Positions 51,735 to 62,150 are shown, counted from the stretch's first letter. The stretch is 64,000 bases of DNA from Vulcanimicrobiota bacterium (GCA_050250895.1 JBFWNU010000001.1:2468891-2532890); one strand, 5' to 3'. Numbers and translations: made by a program. Notes: a model not told the origin generated them from the sequence alone.

Positions 51735-53691
51735 TGGCCCAACTGGGGTGGCCGCGGCCGATGCCCTGCAGCAAGGTGCGTCGACCGCTGCCATCGACGG
51801 CGCTGACCTCCAGATCGCCCCAGCCGTGGGCCAGCACGAATTCGCCATCTGGGCTGGGACGGGCTCCGCAGGCGGGGGTGTAGCTGTCGTTGAGCAGTTG
51901 GGGCGGCGACGAGGTCAGGTCGAGCCGACCGCGGTGGATCGACTCACCGCCCCCGGCATCGGTGGCGAAGATGATCTCGTCGGTTCCGGGCAAAAAGTTG
52001 GGGCTGTGGACCAGAGCCCCGGTATAGTTGGTGATGTTGGTCCAGGTGCCGGTGGCTACCTCGACTACGTAGAGGTTGCTGCGGTAGTCGACCGTTTCGC
52101 CCTGGCCGTTGAGTCGATACTCGGTGGGACCGCCCTCGGCCAGAATGAATTGGCCGCTCGGATCCCAGACATGGTAGTTGACCATGCTCACTGGATCGGT
52201 CATGCCGCTGACACCCAGTTGGCGAAGGCCGGTGACGCCTCCGACGGGAGCCTGACCCAGGGGAGTGGGATCGCTACCGTCGACCTTGACCACGAAGAGC
52301 TCGAAGGTGCTACCCACCTGGGCGCTAAAGCAGATGTAGTTGCCGGTGGGGTCGAACTCGGGATTGAAGGCCTGGTTGAGACCGTGGGCCCCCGAGTTCA
52401 CCACCTCTTGCAGTTGGCTGCCGTCGGGATTCATCGTGTAGATGTTCCAACGCCCTCCGCGCAGCGACGAGAAGGTGATCAGGCTGCCATCGGGAGACCA
52501 GCTCGGATCGGTGTCGGGGCCCGGAAAGTTGGTGAGGTTAGTGAGGTCGGTGCCATCGGCGTTGAGGGCGCAGATCTCGGCGTTGCCCTCGCCGTTGGGA
52601 TCGGCCGCAATCACGATACGGCCTCGGGGCAAGACCGAGATTTTACCGGTCAATCCCACCACTCCAGAGGCTTGCCCTCCGCGCTGATCGACCACTTCAT
52701 ACTCCAGGGTGAATTCCTGGTTGGGCACGGCGTCGTTGGGAGGTCGCCATTCATGGAGAGAGGTCCAGTGCTGGTTGACCGGATCCCACTGCATCTCGGT
52801 AAGTTCCGCCTGCGAGAACGTGCCCCCGTCAGGGCTGGTCCAACGGCTGTAGAGGGTGTCGCCGTCCTCGTCTTCGGCCTCGAGGCGCAGGCTCACGAAG
52901 CCCTTGAGTTTGACCGTGCCCGAGGCGCCGGCCGGCAGCGTGGCGGCATTGGGATTGGGAAAGAGCTCGGCCGTGGCCGTCGGAATCTCGTTGGCGGGCG
53001 TGGCGGCGGCCAGGGCGGGGGCGCAAGCCGAAGCGGGCGGATAGGGGTCGCGCATCGGCACACTGCCGTCGACCAGCCCGCGAATGATTTCTACCTGCCC
53101 GGTAGTGGCGACGCGCACGGTGAAAGGCCGAGCCACCTCGGTCAAGCGGGCGAAACTTTGCCCTCCCACGCTGCCGGATCCGAGGGTCAAGCCGTCGCAA
53201 CAGACGATGTGCCGGGCGTGGTCGAAGACGACTCCGTTGGTGACCATGGCCCCCGAGGGTAGAAAGACCAGCATGTCGAGGTCGGGTGGGGGTTGCCAGG
53301 CGAGCAAGTCGAACTCGCTACCGCCATTGAACAGAGTGGAATCGTCCCCCACTTGCTGGGGCTTGGGGACATCCCAGAAGCCATAAAAAAGATAGCTTCC
53401 GCGCATGTCGCGGCCAAGGTTGACCACCCGCTCGACGCGGGGCTTGAAATTGCCCTGCACCACCGCCAGGCTCTGGGAAAAGCCGGTGGCCTGGGCGGGA
53501 AAGACCACGGCCGTGGGGATGCCGGTGGCTAGAGCCCGTTCTCGGGCAGCCTTGATTTCGCCCGCTACCACCTGGGCCATCCGCTCGGCCGAGCCCTGCC
53601 TGGGACGCAGGTTGAGGGTGAACAGGCCGAAGGTCAACAGGACCAGCCCCAGGGCGAACATCAACTCGACCAGCGAAAAACCGCGCTTCAA
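51724..53691 (-). CDS. Prepilin-signal protein with Ig-like domain and TolB/PD40 beta-propeller
   Basis: KRG|FSLVE; DEDGDTLYSRW; LTNLTNFPGPDTDPSWSPDG repeats. Confidence 0.85.
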   Translation of the reverse strand: MKRGFSLVELMFALGLVLLTFGLFTLNLRPRQGSAERMAQVVAGEIKAARERALATGIPTAVVFPAQATGFSQSLAVVQGNFKPRVERVVNLGRDMRGSYLFYGFWDVPKPQQVGDDSTLFNGGSEFDLLAWQPPPDLDMLVFLPSGAMVTNGVVFDHARHIVCCDGLTLGSGSVGGQSFARLTEVARPFTVRVATTGQVEIIRGLVDGSVPMRDPYPPASACAPALAAATPANEIPTATAELFPNPNAATLPAGASGTVKLKGFVSLRLEAEDEDGDTLYSRWTSPDGGTFSQAELTEMQWDPVNQHWTSLHEWRPPNDAVPNQEFTLEYEVVDQRGGQASGVVGLTGKISVLPRGRIVIAADPNGEGNAEICALNADGTDLTNLTNFPGPDTDPSWSPDGSLITFSSLRGGRWNIYTMNPDGSQLQEVVNSGAHGLNQAFNPEFDPTGNYICFSAQVGSTFELFVVKVDGSDPTPLGQAPVGGVTGLRQLGVSGMTDPVSMVNYHVWDPSGQFILAEGGPTEYRLNGQGETVDYRSNLYVVEVATGTWTNITNYTGALVHSPNFLPGTDEIIFATDAGGGESIHRGRLDLTSSPPQLLNDSYTPACGARPSPDGEFVLAHGWGDLEVSAVDGSGRRTLLQGIGRGHPSWAISF

Positions 53692-53692
53692 C

Positions 53693-54178
53693 TTACAGAC
53701 TCCCTTCATCGACGATGCGCAACCAGCGAAAATAGGTGGGATTGCTGGCTGCATCCCCCCGCAGGTCGAGAGTCGCCCGCAACAGCCTTCGGGCTCGGGG
53801 CTCGGTCAGACTGCCCACCAGACCCAGCGACTCGACTTCGATGAAACGGTAAGGGTCGTATTTGTGACTCACTTCTAGACGGACCATGTAATACCCCGCC
53901 ACCTCGATACCATCCGGGGCCAGGACCTCTTCGACCACCTGATACTCAGGCTGGTCTTCGGCCGCCTGAGGCGGAAAGTTGTAATCATGCACCAGTCGCA
54001 CTCGCGTCTCTTCCAACCCGGCCATGGCCAGTTCGCGAGCCGTGGCCGAGAGGGCGCTAGCCTTGACCCCGCGATAGGTGCCGGCCCGGGCCGCCAGCAG
54101 GGTGCCGCCGGCCACCAGCAACAGGGCGCACATCAGCAGCGTCACGATCAGAGCCGAGCCTCGCTTCATGGGCGCCAC
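53693..54178 (-). CDS. PilX-like minor pilin
   Basis: KRG|SALIVTL lacking E5; A..LA.AGLE. Confidence 0.8.
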   Translation of the reverse strand: MAPMKRGSALIVTLLMCALLLVAGGTLLAARAGTYRGVKASALSATARELAMAGLEETRVRLVHDYNFPPQAAEDQPEYQVVEEVLAPDGIEVAGYYMVRLEVSHKYDPYRFIEVESLGLVGSLTEPRARRLLRATLDLRGDAASNPTYFRWLRIVDEGSL

Positions 54179-54672
54179 ACCTCGGCTCGATAGGGACTGC
54201 TGCCGATGAGGTTGAGGGCCAGGTGAAGATTGCCGTTGGGCCGGATCTCGGCAGCGAAGCCGTTCACCTGGTTGGTGATGGCCAATTTCTCTCCGCCATC
54301 GACCTGGCGGAACAGGACCTCACCCTCCACCGCAAAGGTCACCTCTTCCGTGGTCACGGCGCTGAAGGTCCAGCCGGACGGGGCGGGATAGGCCGGACTG
54401 GGGAACTCGTAGTCGGCTCGGATGCGCTCGAACACCAGGCGCGAACTGGTTCCGGTCCCGCTGGGGTCGGGCTCGATGAGTCGAATCGAGCTGTCGACCT
54501 CGTGACGCACCCGGTTGAGGGCGGCCATGGCCTCGAGCGCCCGGTCGCTCTCGTCGGAATGCTTGATGGTGCGCTGGGCCTGGCTGAGCAGGTCGGTGAC
54601 CGTGCCCAGCACCAGAAAGATCAAAGCCAGCGAGACCAGGGCTTCCAGCAGGGTCAAGCCACGACGGTTCAT
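54166..54672 (-). CDS. PilW-like minor pilin
   Basis: RRG|LTLLE. Confidence 0.85.
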   Translation of the reverse strand: MNRRGLTLLEALVSLALIFLVLGTVTDLLSQAQRTIKHSDESDRALEAMAALNRVRHEVDSSIRLIEPDPSGTGTSSRLVFERIRADYEFPSPAYPAPSGWTFSAVTTEEVTFAVEGEVLFRQVDGGEKLAITNQVNGFAAEIRPNGNLHLALNLIGSSPYRAEVWRP

Positions 54673-55475
54673 GTGCCCCCCAGAATGATGACGGGAGAGT
54701 CACCGCTCATCTCGATGCCGTTGTAGACAGCCGTGGCTCGCAGCTGGATATTGCCTGGCTGCACTCCCCAGGTCCCCAGGATGTGGTTGTAATGATACTT
54801 GTTCTGCAACTTAATCCACTTGCCCGAACGGTGACTGTCGTCGTGCAGGATGACGGCGTTGCCACCGTCGGGAACCACCGACCAGGAGAAGGTGACACCC
54901 TCGATCTCGCCTCCGCTGGTGTCGAACACCCTGGCCTGGTAATCGCACAGACCATCGCGAGGCACCGGTTCGCCCGGGCCGCTCACCTTGGTGACGGTCA
55001 AGGCAGTGGCCGGGTCCACCTGGCGCACGGCCGCGCCCACGTAGCTGGTCAAGACGAACTCGTCGCCCGGAAAGCTGACCCGGCAACGCACCGGGACCAA
55101 ACCGGCTGGAATCGAGCGGCGGTCGGCCTCGGCAAAGGGTTGCTCGAGGTTGGTCGAGGGAGTGTAAACGGTGCGTCCCCCCGAGTCGACTTCGAAAGCG
55201 ACCTGAAAGCCGGGGTGGTCGGGGTCGGTCACGCTACCGCTAAACGGCCCCCAGCCCGACGCATAGTTGCCAGGGTTTTCGGCCCAGGCTCGACAGCGGG
55301 CCATAGCGTTTTCGGCCACCAGGGCGGCCTCGTTGAGCTGGCGCGTCTTCTTCTGGTAGATGAGGCTCTGGTTGAACAGCAAGAGGACGATGAAGCCGGC
55401 GCTCACCAAAATGAATATCGCCACTACCGTCTCGACGAGACTGGTCGCTCTGACTCCCGCCCCTCGCGTCCTCAC
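54669..55475 (-). CDS. PilV-like minor pilin with C-terminal Ig-like domain
   Basis: RA|TSLVETVVAIFIL; GTG 6 nt after TATCAT. Confidence 0.75.
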   Translation of the reverse strand: MRTRGAGVRATSLVETVVAIFILVSAGFIVLLLFNQSLIYQKKTRQLNEAALVAENAMARCRAWAENPGNYASGWGPFSGSVTDPDHPGFQVAFEVDSGGRTVYTPSTNLEQPFAEADRRSIPAGLVPVRCRVSFPGDEFVLTSYVGAAVRQVDPATALTVTKVSGPGEPVPRDGLCDYQARVFDTSGGEIEGVTFSWSVVPDGGNAVILHDDSHRSGKWIKLQNKYHYNHILGTWGVQPGNIQLRATAVYNGIEMSGDSPVIILGGT

Positions 55476-55479
55476 GCCT

Positions 55480-56280
55480 TTATGATAGCAGATGGTCCGG
55501 GTCTTTTCCTACTTGAAAGGCGAACCAGGCCTCGCCCCACCGGCGCCGGCCTTCCATCAACAGCGCCGCTCGGCCTGCGCTGGTGAGCTTCGCCCGCTGC
55601 TGGTCCAGCCACTGTGGCAGGCGGTCAGGGTGGCAGGGAACGGCCAGCAGTTCGGTTTGCTCCCAGCTGCCTTCGCGGGGCCGGGCCAACATGGTGGCCA
55701 GTCGTACGCGCGTCTGACAGCTGGCCACCAGCATCTTGACGGCGAACCGCTCGGCGTGGACCAGACCCAGGCAGACCAGGTTCTCGAGCTCGTCTGCCTC
55801 GAGCCCTAGCTCCTCGTGGGCCTCGGCCAGCAAGGTCTGGGCCAGGCTCTGGGGAGGCGGCACCGTGCCCGCCGGAGCGATGTGATAGGCTCCGGGCTGG
55901 GCGGCCACCCGCTGACTGCGGCGCTCGACCACGAAGCCGTCGGGGCAACCCACGACACAGGCCGCGGCCAGCACATCGACCCGGTTGGGCCACTCGGGAT
56001 GCTCGCGAAAGGCCACGTGCTGGCCATAGTCGGTGAGGCCCAGCTCTAGCTCGAGGCAGCCCTCTTGTACGGTTGACGCGAGCACACTGTAGAGCGGATT
56101 GGCCTCGACCACCACCCCCCGCTGGCGCAGGGCCAGGCAGGCCGCCTGCATCGTCTCGGTCTGCCCTTCATCGAGCTGAGGCCGCCGGTCAGTCTGGCGG
56201 ATGACCACGCTCTCTAAGGCAAGCTCTCCCACGGCCACGATGCGACCCTCGTCATCCCCCAGAAAGCAGGCTTCCATCAC
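55480..56280 (-). CDS. NUDIX hydrolase-like protein
   Basis: RRSQRVA..PG, PAGTV....LLAEAHEELGL NUDIX box. Confidence 0.75.
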   Translation of the reverse strand: MMEACFLGDDEGRIVAVGELALESVVIRQTDRRPQLDEGQTETMQAACLALRQRGVVVEANPLYSVLASTVQEGCLELELGLTDYGQHVAFREHPEWPNRVDVLAAACVVGCPDGFVVERRSQRVAAQPGAYHIAPAGTVPPPQSLAQTLLAEAHEELGLEADELENLVCLGLVHAERFAVKMLVASCQTRVRLATMLARPREGSWEQTELLAVPCHPDRLPQWLDQQRAKLTSAGRAALLMEGRRRWGEAWFAFQVGKDPDHLLS

Positions 56281-56337
56281 GCCGTTGGCTTCCTCGGCCG
56301 CCTGGCTCCGCCTGCGAGGCGATGATATAATCTGGAC

Positions 56338-56922
56338 ATGCTCGATCCGCCAGCCCGCCAGCGCCGCTTCTGGCGTCGCCTGGTCATGCGCGCCTTTCTC
56401 TACAGCTTCGGGCTGGCGGTGGTCGGTCTCGAGTTGCTGGCCATCGGCTGTCTGCTCGGCTCGCCCCTACCAGACCGACTCGAGCCGGCCGATGGTCGCT
56501 GGGTCTCGTTTGAGACTCTCGACCCGGAGGTGCAGGCGCTACTGCGGTCCGAGGTCAACCACCCGTGGTTAGTAGCCCGTCAACTGGAGCCCTGGCCGCC
56601 GAGCTGTGAGCGCATCCTGGCGCGGGGAGCCGTGCTCCATTTGACTGTCAATGAATCGAATCTGTGGGACCTCTACGCCAGCCACAGCTTGTTGCGCTAT
56701 GCCGAGCGGCCCTGGGACGTTCGTCTGGAAGACGCTCTACTGATGCGTTACGCCGCGGTCCGGAAGGCTGACTTGATACGGGTGTTCCATCAGGGAGGAG
56801 TCAGCCCTCTGCGCTACCGCGAGGTCCTGGCCACTTTGCGAGCCGAACGACGCACGCCAGCGGAGCAATTCGACGCTCTGCGCCGCCAGGTCGGGTATCA
56901 CTGGCCGGCCGAATATTACTAA
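56338..56922 (+). CDS. Hypothetical membrane-anchored protein
   Basis: TGaTATAAT-N6-ATG leaderless start; N-terminal TM. Confidence 0.7.
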   Translation: MLDPPARQRRFWRRLVMRAFLYSFGLAVVGLELLAIGCLLGSPLPDRLEPADGRWVSFETLDPEVQALLRSEVNHPWLVARQLEPWPPSCERILARGAVLHLTVNESNLWDLYASHSLLRYAERPWDVRLEDALLMRYAAVRKADLIRVFHQGGVSPLRYREVLATLRAERRTPAEQFDALRRQVGYHWPAEYY

Positions 56923-57131
56923 AAAGAAAATACCCCGGTGGCAGTACCGGGGTCGCTTTGAGGAGTTTTCCAACCTTCGCTGAGTATAGCCGGGCTCTGG
57001 TCGGGCGAATGTGACGGTTGATCCGAACGTCGCGACTGGCGGCGGGGCAGGACTTTGCGGGTGCAAAAAAGTAGTTGGGGGAGCCCCGCCCGCGTGGTGG
57101 CGGGATTGCTGGAAAGAAAAGAGGTTCTCCT

Positions 57132-60014
57132 GTGTCCAACACTCTCACCCAAGAATGGCGTGCCAAGCTGACCGACGGCAAAGCGACCTACAGCTTTGAA
57201 GAAGGCAAAGCCGATATGAAAGGCATCCTCGGCGGCAAAGGCGCCAACCTGGCCGAGATGACTCGCCTGGGCTTCCCCGTGCCCCCCGGTTTCACCATCA
57301 CCACCGAAGTTTGCAATGTTTATCAGGCCACCAGGAAGATGCCCGAGGGGCTGGCCGAAGAGATTCGCGATCGCATGAAATCGCTCGAAGAGCAGATGGG
57401 CAAGGGCTTCGGCGACAACAAGAACCCCCTGCTGGTCTCGGTTCGTTCGGGCGCCAAGTTCTCGATGCCGGGAATGATGGACACCGTTTTAAACCTGGGT
57501 CTCAACGACCAGGCCGTCGAGGGCCTGGCCAAACTCTCGGGAGATCCCCGTTTTGCTTACGACGCCTATCGTCGCTTTATTCAGATGTTCTCGGATGTGG
57601 TGATGGGCCTGCCCAAGCACGAGTTCGAGCATATCTTGCGCCACAAGAAAGAGGCCGAGGGCGTCACCGAGGACGCGAAGCTCACGCCCAAAGCACTCCA
57701 AGAGTTGGTGGCCGATTTCAAGAAGAAGTTCAAAGAAGAAGCCGGCCGCGACTTCCCCACCGATGTGCACGAGCAGCTGCTGCTGGCTGTCGAAGCGGTT
57801 TTCAAATCCTGGAACAACCCGCGCGCCATCGTCTATCGCGACAAAGAGAGAATTGCCCACGACCTGGGCACGGCCGTCAACGTCCAGTCGATGGTCTTCG
57901 GCAACATGGGTGGCGACAGCGGGACCGGCGTGGCCTTTACCCGCAACTACAACACCGGCGAGAAGAAGCCGGTGGGCGACTACCTCATCAACGCCCAGGG
58001 CGAAGATGTGGTGGCCGGTATCCGCACTCCGCTGCCGCTCGAGGCGCTCGAGAAAGAGCATCCCGAGCTGTGGAAACAGTTGCTCGACATCAGCCATAAG
58101 CTCGAGCAGCACTACGGCGATATGCAAGACATGGAGTTCACCATCGAAAAGGGACGCCTGTTCATGCTGCAGACCCGCACCGGCAAGCGCACCGCCCAGT
58201 CGGCTGTCAAGATCGCCGTAGACATGGTCGAAGAAGGTCTGATCACCGAAGAGCGGGCCGTGCTGCGGCTGGCCCCTTCGCAGCTCGACCGGTTGCTGCA
58301 CCCCTTCATTCCCGATGATGCCAAGAAGGAGGCCATCGACGCCAAGCGGATGCTGGCCAAAGGCACTGGCGCCTCCCCCGGAGCCGCCTGCGGGCAAGTG
58401 GTTTTCGAAGCTGACGACGCGGTCACGAGGGCCGGCGAAGGCAAAGCCGTCATTCTGGTGCGTCCCGAGACTACTCCCGATGACGCCCACGGCATGGCCG
58501 TGGCCAAAGGCATCCTGACCAGCACCGGCGGACCGTCCTCGCATGCCGCGCTGGTGGCCCGCGGTTGGGGCATTCCATGTATCGTCGGCTGTGAAGCTCT
58601 GCGTATCGATCTCGACGCCAAAAAGGTCACGGTCGGCTCGACCACCTTCGGCGAAGGCGATGTCATTACCATCGACGGCGGCACCGGCGAGGTGATGATG
58701 GGCGAACTGCCGCTCCACGAACCCACCGACCTCTCGCCCGAAACCAAGACGATCCTGGGTTGGGCCGACAAGTTCCGCAAACTGGGCGTGTATGCCAATG
58801 CCGATACGCCCCACGACGCCGCCCGCGCCCGCACCTTCGGGGCCGAGGGCATCGGGCTGTGCCGCACCGAGCACATGTTCATGGAGAAAGACCGCATTCC
58901 CATCGTGCAAGAGATGATCATGGTGGCCACCCAGGCCGAGCAGCGCAAGCGCCGGGTGGAAGTGCTCGAGCAAGAGATGGTCGGATTGCCTCAGGAAGGC
59001 CGCCAATATCGCGAGGCCAAAGCCCGCTATGACGAGGCCTTCGCGGGCATGGAAGGCCCCTGGAACAAGTATCGCGAGTTGCTCGACAAGCTGCTGCCCA
59101 TCCAGCGCGAGGACTTCCGCGGCATCTTGCAGTCGATGGAGGGCCTGTGGGTGATCATCCGGCTGCTCGACCCGCCGCTGCACGAGTTCTTGCCCGGGCA
59201 CTCCGAGTTGCTGGTCGACGTGACCCGCCTGCGCACCCTCAAAGAGGTTTCGCAGACCGCCTTTGACAAGGCCCTCGGCGACATCCGGCATCGCCGCGGC
59301 AAAGAGGCCACTCTCGAGAGTCTCGAAGAGCTTTTGGGCCGGGTCGAGAGCATGAAGGAGTTCAACCCCATGCTCGGCCTGCGTGTGTGCCGTCTGGGCA
59401 TCGTCTATCCCGAGATCTACAAGATGCAGGTCCGGGCCATCTTCGAGGCCGCTTGCCAGCTGAAGAAGGCCGGTATCGACGTCAAGCCCGAGATCATGAT
59501 CCCGGGCGTGGGAACACTGGCCGAGATGCAGCACACTCGCCGTCTGGTCGAGGCCGTCGGGGCCGAGGTCCAGAAAGAGAACGGAGTCGAAGTGACCCAC
59601 AAGATCGGCACCATGATCGAGTTGCCCCGCGCCACCACCGTGGCCGGCGACCTGGCCACCGCCGCCGACTTCTTCAGCTTCGGCACCAACGACCTGACCC
59701 AGACCACCTACGGCTACTCGCGCGACGATGCGGCCGGCACGTTCATGCCGGTCTATCTCGAGTCGGGTATCCTCAAGGTCGACCCTTTCACCGTGGTCGA
59801 CCGCCAGGGCGTCGGCCGCCTGATGAAGATGGCCGTCGAAGAGGGTCGTCAGACCAACGCCGACCTCGAGGTGGGCATCTGCGGTGAGCACGGCGGTGAC
59901 CCCGAGTCGGTGGAGTTCTGCCACCTGCTCGGCCTCAACTACGTCTCTTGCTCGCCCTTCCGCGTGCCCATCGCCCGCCTGGCCGCCGCGCAGGCTGCCT
60001 TGAACAACAAGTAA
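57132..60014 (+). CDS. ppdK: Pyruvate, phosphate dikinase
   Basis: LGGKGANLAEM, SMPGMMDT, SHAALVARG phospho-His, GIGLCRTEHMF, FSFGTNDLTQ, GICGEHGG. Confidence 0.98.
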   Translation: MSNTLTQEWRAKLTDGKATYSFEEGKADMKGILGGKGANLAEMTRLGFPVPPGFTITTEVCNVYQATRKMPEGLAEEIRDRMKSLEEQMGKGFGDNKNPLLVSVRSGAKFSMPGMMDTVLNLGLNDQAVEGLAKLSGDPRFAYDAYRRFIQMFSDVVMGLPKHEFEHILRHKKEAEGVTEDAKLTPKALQELVADFKKKFKEEAGRDFPTDVHEQLLLAVEAVFKSWNNPRAIVYRDKERIAHDLGTAVNVQSMVFGNMGGDSGTGVAFTRNYNTGEKKPVGDYLINAQGEDVVAGIRTPLPLEALEKEHPELWKQLLDISHKLEQHYGDMQDMEFTIEKGRLFMLQTRTGKRTAQSAVKIAVDMVEEGLITEERAVLRLAPSQLDRLLHPFIPDDAKKEAIDAKRMLAKGTGASPGAACGQVVFEADDAVTRAGEGKAVILVRPETTPDDAHGMAVAKGILTSTGGPSSHAALVARGWGIPCIVGCEALRIDLDAKKVTVGSTTFGEGDVITIDGGTGEVMMGELPLHEPTDLSPETKTILGWADKFRKLGVYANADTPHDAARARTFGAEGIGLCRTEHMFMEKDRIPIVQEMIMVATQAEQRKRRVEVLEQEMVGLPQEGRQYREAKARYDEAFAGMEGPWNKYRELLDKLLPIQREDFRGILQSMEGLWVIIRLLDPPLHEFLPGHSELLVDVTRLRTLKEVSQTAFDKALGDIRHRRGKEATLESLEELLGRVESMKEFNPMLGLRVCRLGIVYPEIYKMQVRAIFEAACQLKKAGIDVKPEIMIPGVGTLAEMQHTRRLVEAVGAEVQKENGVEVTHKIGTMIELPRATTVAGDLATAADFFSFGTNDLTQTTYGYSRDDAAGTFMPVYLESGILKVDPFTVVDRQGVGRLMKMAVEEGRQTNADLEVGICGEHGGDPESVEFCHLLGLNYVSCSPFRVPIARLAAAQAALNNK

Positions 60015-60035
60015 AGCTGGCTAGCCAGACCGATT

Positions 60036-60066
60036 GCGGCCCTCCTCACGGAGGGCCGCTTTCTTT
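60036..60066 (+). terminator. Intrinsic terminator of ppdK
   Basis: GCGGCCCTCC-TCAC-GGAGGGCCGC-TTTCTTT. Confidence 0.85.
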
Positions 60067-60598
60067 AGACGGAGACGTCGACGATCGGCAGACGGGCCAG
60101 GCTCTCGTCGTCGATGTCGAAAACTCGGCGTGGTTCATCGTAGATGAAGTTGTAGGGTGAGACGAACTGCACGTGCTCGCATTTGGGATCGTATCCCACC
60201 AGCCAGTAGAAGAAGCCTTGAGCGACATCCCCACCCTCATTGACGAGGGCTTCGCACAGGATGTAGGGGTCGGTCTTTTGTTTCTTGAGATTGGCGCGCA
60301 AACGCGATTCAAGCCGCTCAAGATAGCTTTCTTGACCGGATTTCTCGTCCGCGACCTCCTCCAGCGAGATGACCAGGGCTGGAGGATAGCGCTCGCTTGA
60401 AACGAGCAACCGGGTGAGTTCATGAGAGAGCACCCGGAGGCCGGCCAGATTCTCGCTGGAGACATTGCCCCAGAGTTGAAACAGCCCCCAGTCGAAGTCG
60501 CCGGGGTGGGCCACAAACTCGCCTTCGACTCCCTCCGGAAACTGAGGGAACTGGTAGTCGCCTTCGGTGCGGTAGGGGACGAGGGCGTAGACTCTCAT
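60065..60598 (-). CDS. Hypothetical protein
   Basis: Coding-like ORF downstream of the LprI-family gene. Confidence 0.7.
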   Translation of the reverse strand: MRVYALVPYRTEGDYQFPQFPEGVEGEFVAHPGDFDWGLFQLWGNVSSENLAGLRVLSHELTRLLVSSERYPPALVISLEEVADEKSGQESYLERLESRLRANLKKQKTDPYILCEALVNEGGDVAQGFFYWLVGYDPKCEHVQFVSPYNFIYDEPRRVFDIDDESLARLPIVDVSV

Positions 60599-60606
60599 GG
60601 CAGGCG

Positions 60607-60948
60607 CTAGTGCGAGACCTCTTCAAGCCACTCGCGCAGCACAGCCGTGCGGGCGCGGGTGGTGGTGGCCATGCTGGCGTAGTAGATCATCGGCGCCATG
60701 CTCCCGCCCTCATAGAGTGCCTGCCGGGCCTTGGCCTCGGCATCGCGGTACTTGATCCAGATGAGCTGAGCGTCCACCAGCTTCTCCCGCACCGAGGCTC
60801 CGAGTTGGGGCTTAAGCTCTTGCCAGACCTGGTTGAGTTCGCGGTCGGCGGCTTCGTAGTCTTGCAGAGCCCGGGCGTTGAGTTCGTGTTGGTTCTGGGC
60901 GAAGGTCGGGACGGTGAGGAGAATCAACAGGGCTAGAAGGTATCTCAT
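60607..60948 (-). CDS. Lysozyme inhibitor LprI (DUF1311) family protein
   Basis: Signal peptide; ADRELNQVW..L..AQLIWIKYRD..GGSMAPM. Confidence 0.85.
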   Translation of the reverse strand: MRYLLALLILLTVPTFAQNQHELNARALQDYEAADRELNQVWQELKPQLGASVREKLVDAQLIWIKYRDAEAKARQALYEGGSMAPMIYYASMATTTRARTAVLREWLEEVSH

Positions 60949-61010
60949 CGGTATTGCTTCCTCCGCCCGGCGCTACGCCCTGCCAAGCCGCCCGCTGAGC
61001 CCGGGCCTTG

Positions 61011-62150
61011 GCTCCCACGGAATCCCGGGAGCGTGCTCCCACAAAACCCGGGAGCTGGCCGCCGCCCGCCATGGCGCGCACCCCAGCCCGCCGCGGCAAC
61101 CCGCCGCTGCCGGGCCGGGCCGAGGCTGTGCTCCCACGAAATCCCGGAGCATGCTCCCACAAAACCTGGGAGCCGGTCGCCGCCCGCCGTGGCGCGCACC
61201 CCAGCCCGCCGCGGCAACCCGCTGCCGGGCCGGGGCTGTGCTCCCACGAAATCCCGGAGCATGCTCCCACAATACCCGGGAGCTGGCCGCCGCCCGCCCG
61301 CGCTCCAGCCCGCCAGGGCGCGCTCCCGCCCGCCGAGGCAACCCGCCGCTGAGGGGCCGAGGCTGTGCTCCCACGAAATCCCGGAGCATGCTCCCACAAA
61401 ACCTGGGAGCCGGTCGCCGCCCGCCACGGCGCGCACCCCAGCCCGCCGCGGCAACCCGCCGCTGCCGGGCCGGGGCTGTGCTCCCACGAAATCCCGGAGC
61501 ATGCTCCCGCAAAACCTGGGAGCCGGCCGCAACCCGTCGAGCCTGGGCCCTGGCTCCCACGGAATCCCGGAGCATGCTCCCCCAAAACCTGGGAGCCGGT
61601 CGCCGCCCGCCGGGCCTGGGCCCTGGCTCCCACGAAATCCCGGAGCATGCTCCCGCAAAACCCGGGAGCCGGCCGCCGCCCGCCCGCGCTCCAGCCCGCC
61701 ACGGCGCGCACCCCAGCCCGCCGCGGCAACCCGCCGCTGCCGGGCCGAGGCTGTGCTCCCACGAAATCCCGGAGCATGCTCCCCCAAAACCTGGGAGCCG
61801 GTCGCCGCCCGCCATGGCGCGCACCCCAGCCCGCCGCGGCAACCCGCCCGCCGGGCCGGGGCTGTGCTCCCACGAAATCCCGGAGCATGCTCCCACAAAC
61901 CTGGGAGCCGGCCGCCGCCCGCCAGGGCGCGCACTCCAGCCCGCCGCGGCAACCCGCCGTTCGCCGGCCGCCGCCCGCCACGGCGCGCTCCCGCCCGCCG
62001 CTCCGGCCGCAACCCGTCGTTCGCCGGACCGGCCGCCGCCCGCCCCGTCGCGCACTCCAGCCCGCGCGGCAACCCGCCGCTCGCCGACCGCTGCCCGCCA
62101 CGCCGCGCTCCAGCAACTGCGCCAGCCCGCCGCCGCCGCCGCACGCCTGG
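61011..62150. repeat. REP/BIME-like mosaic repeat array: nine copies of a ~44-bp double-hairpin core with repeated GC-rich linkers
   Basis: Core GCTCCCACGAAATCCCGGAGCATGCTCCCACAAAACCTGGGAGC at 61011, 61130, 61240, 61367, 61480, 61553, 61626, 61755, 61866. Confidence 0.85.

Noticed and set aside
57489-59924. 811-aa antisense ORF (and similar ones at 47552, 51748, 18236)
   Set aside because: Shadow frames of high-GC3 genes
61011-61910. CRISPR array
   Set aside because: The intervening sequences are themselves repeated and vary widely in length; cores are ~44 bp and heterogeneous; no cas genes
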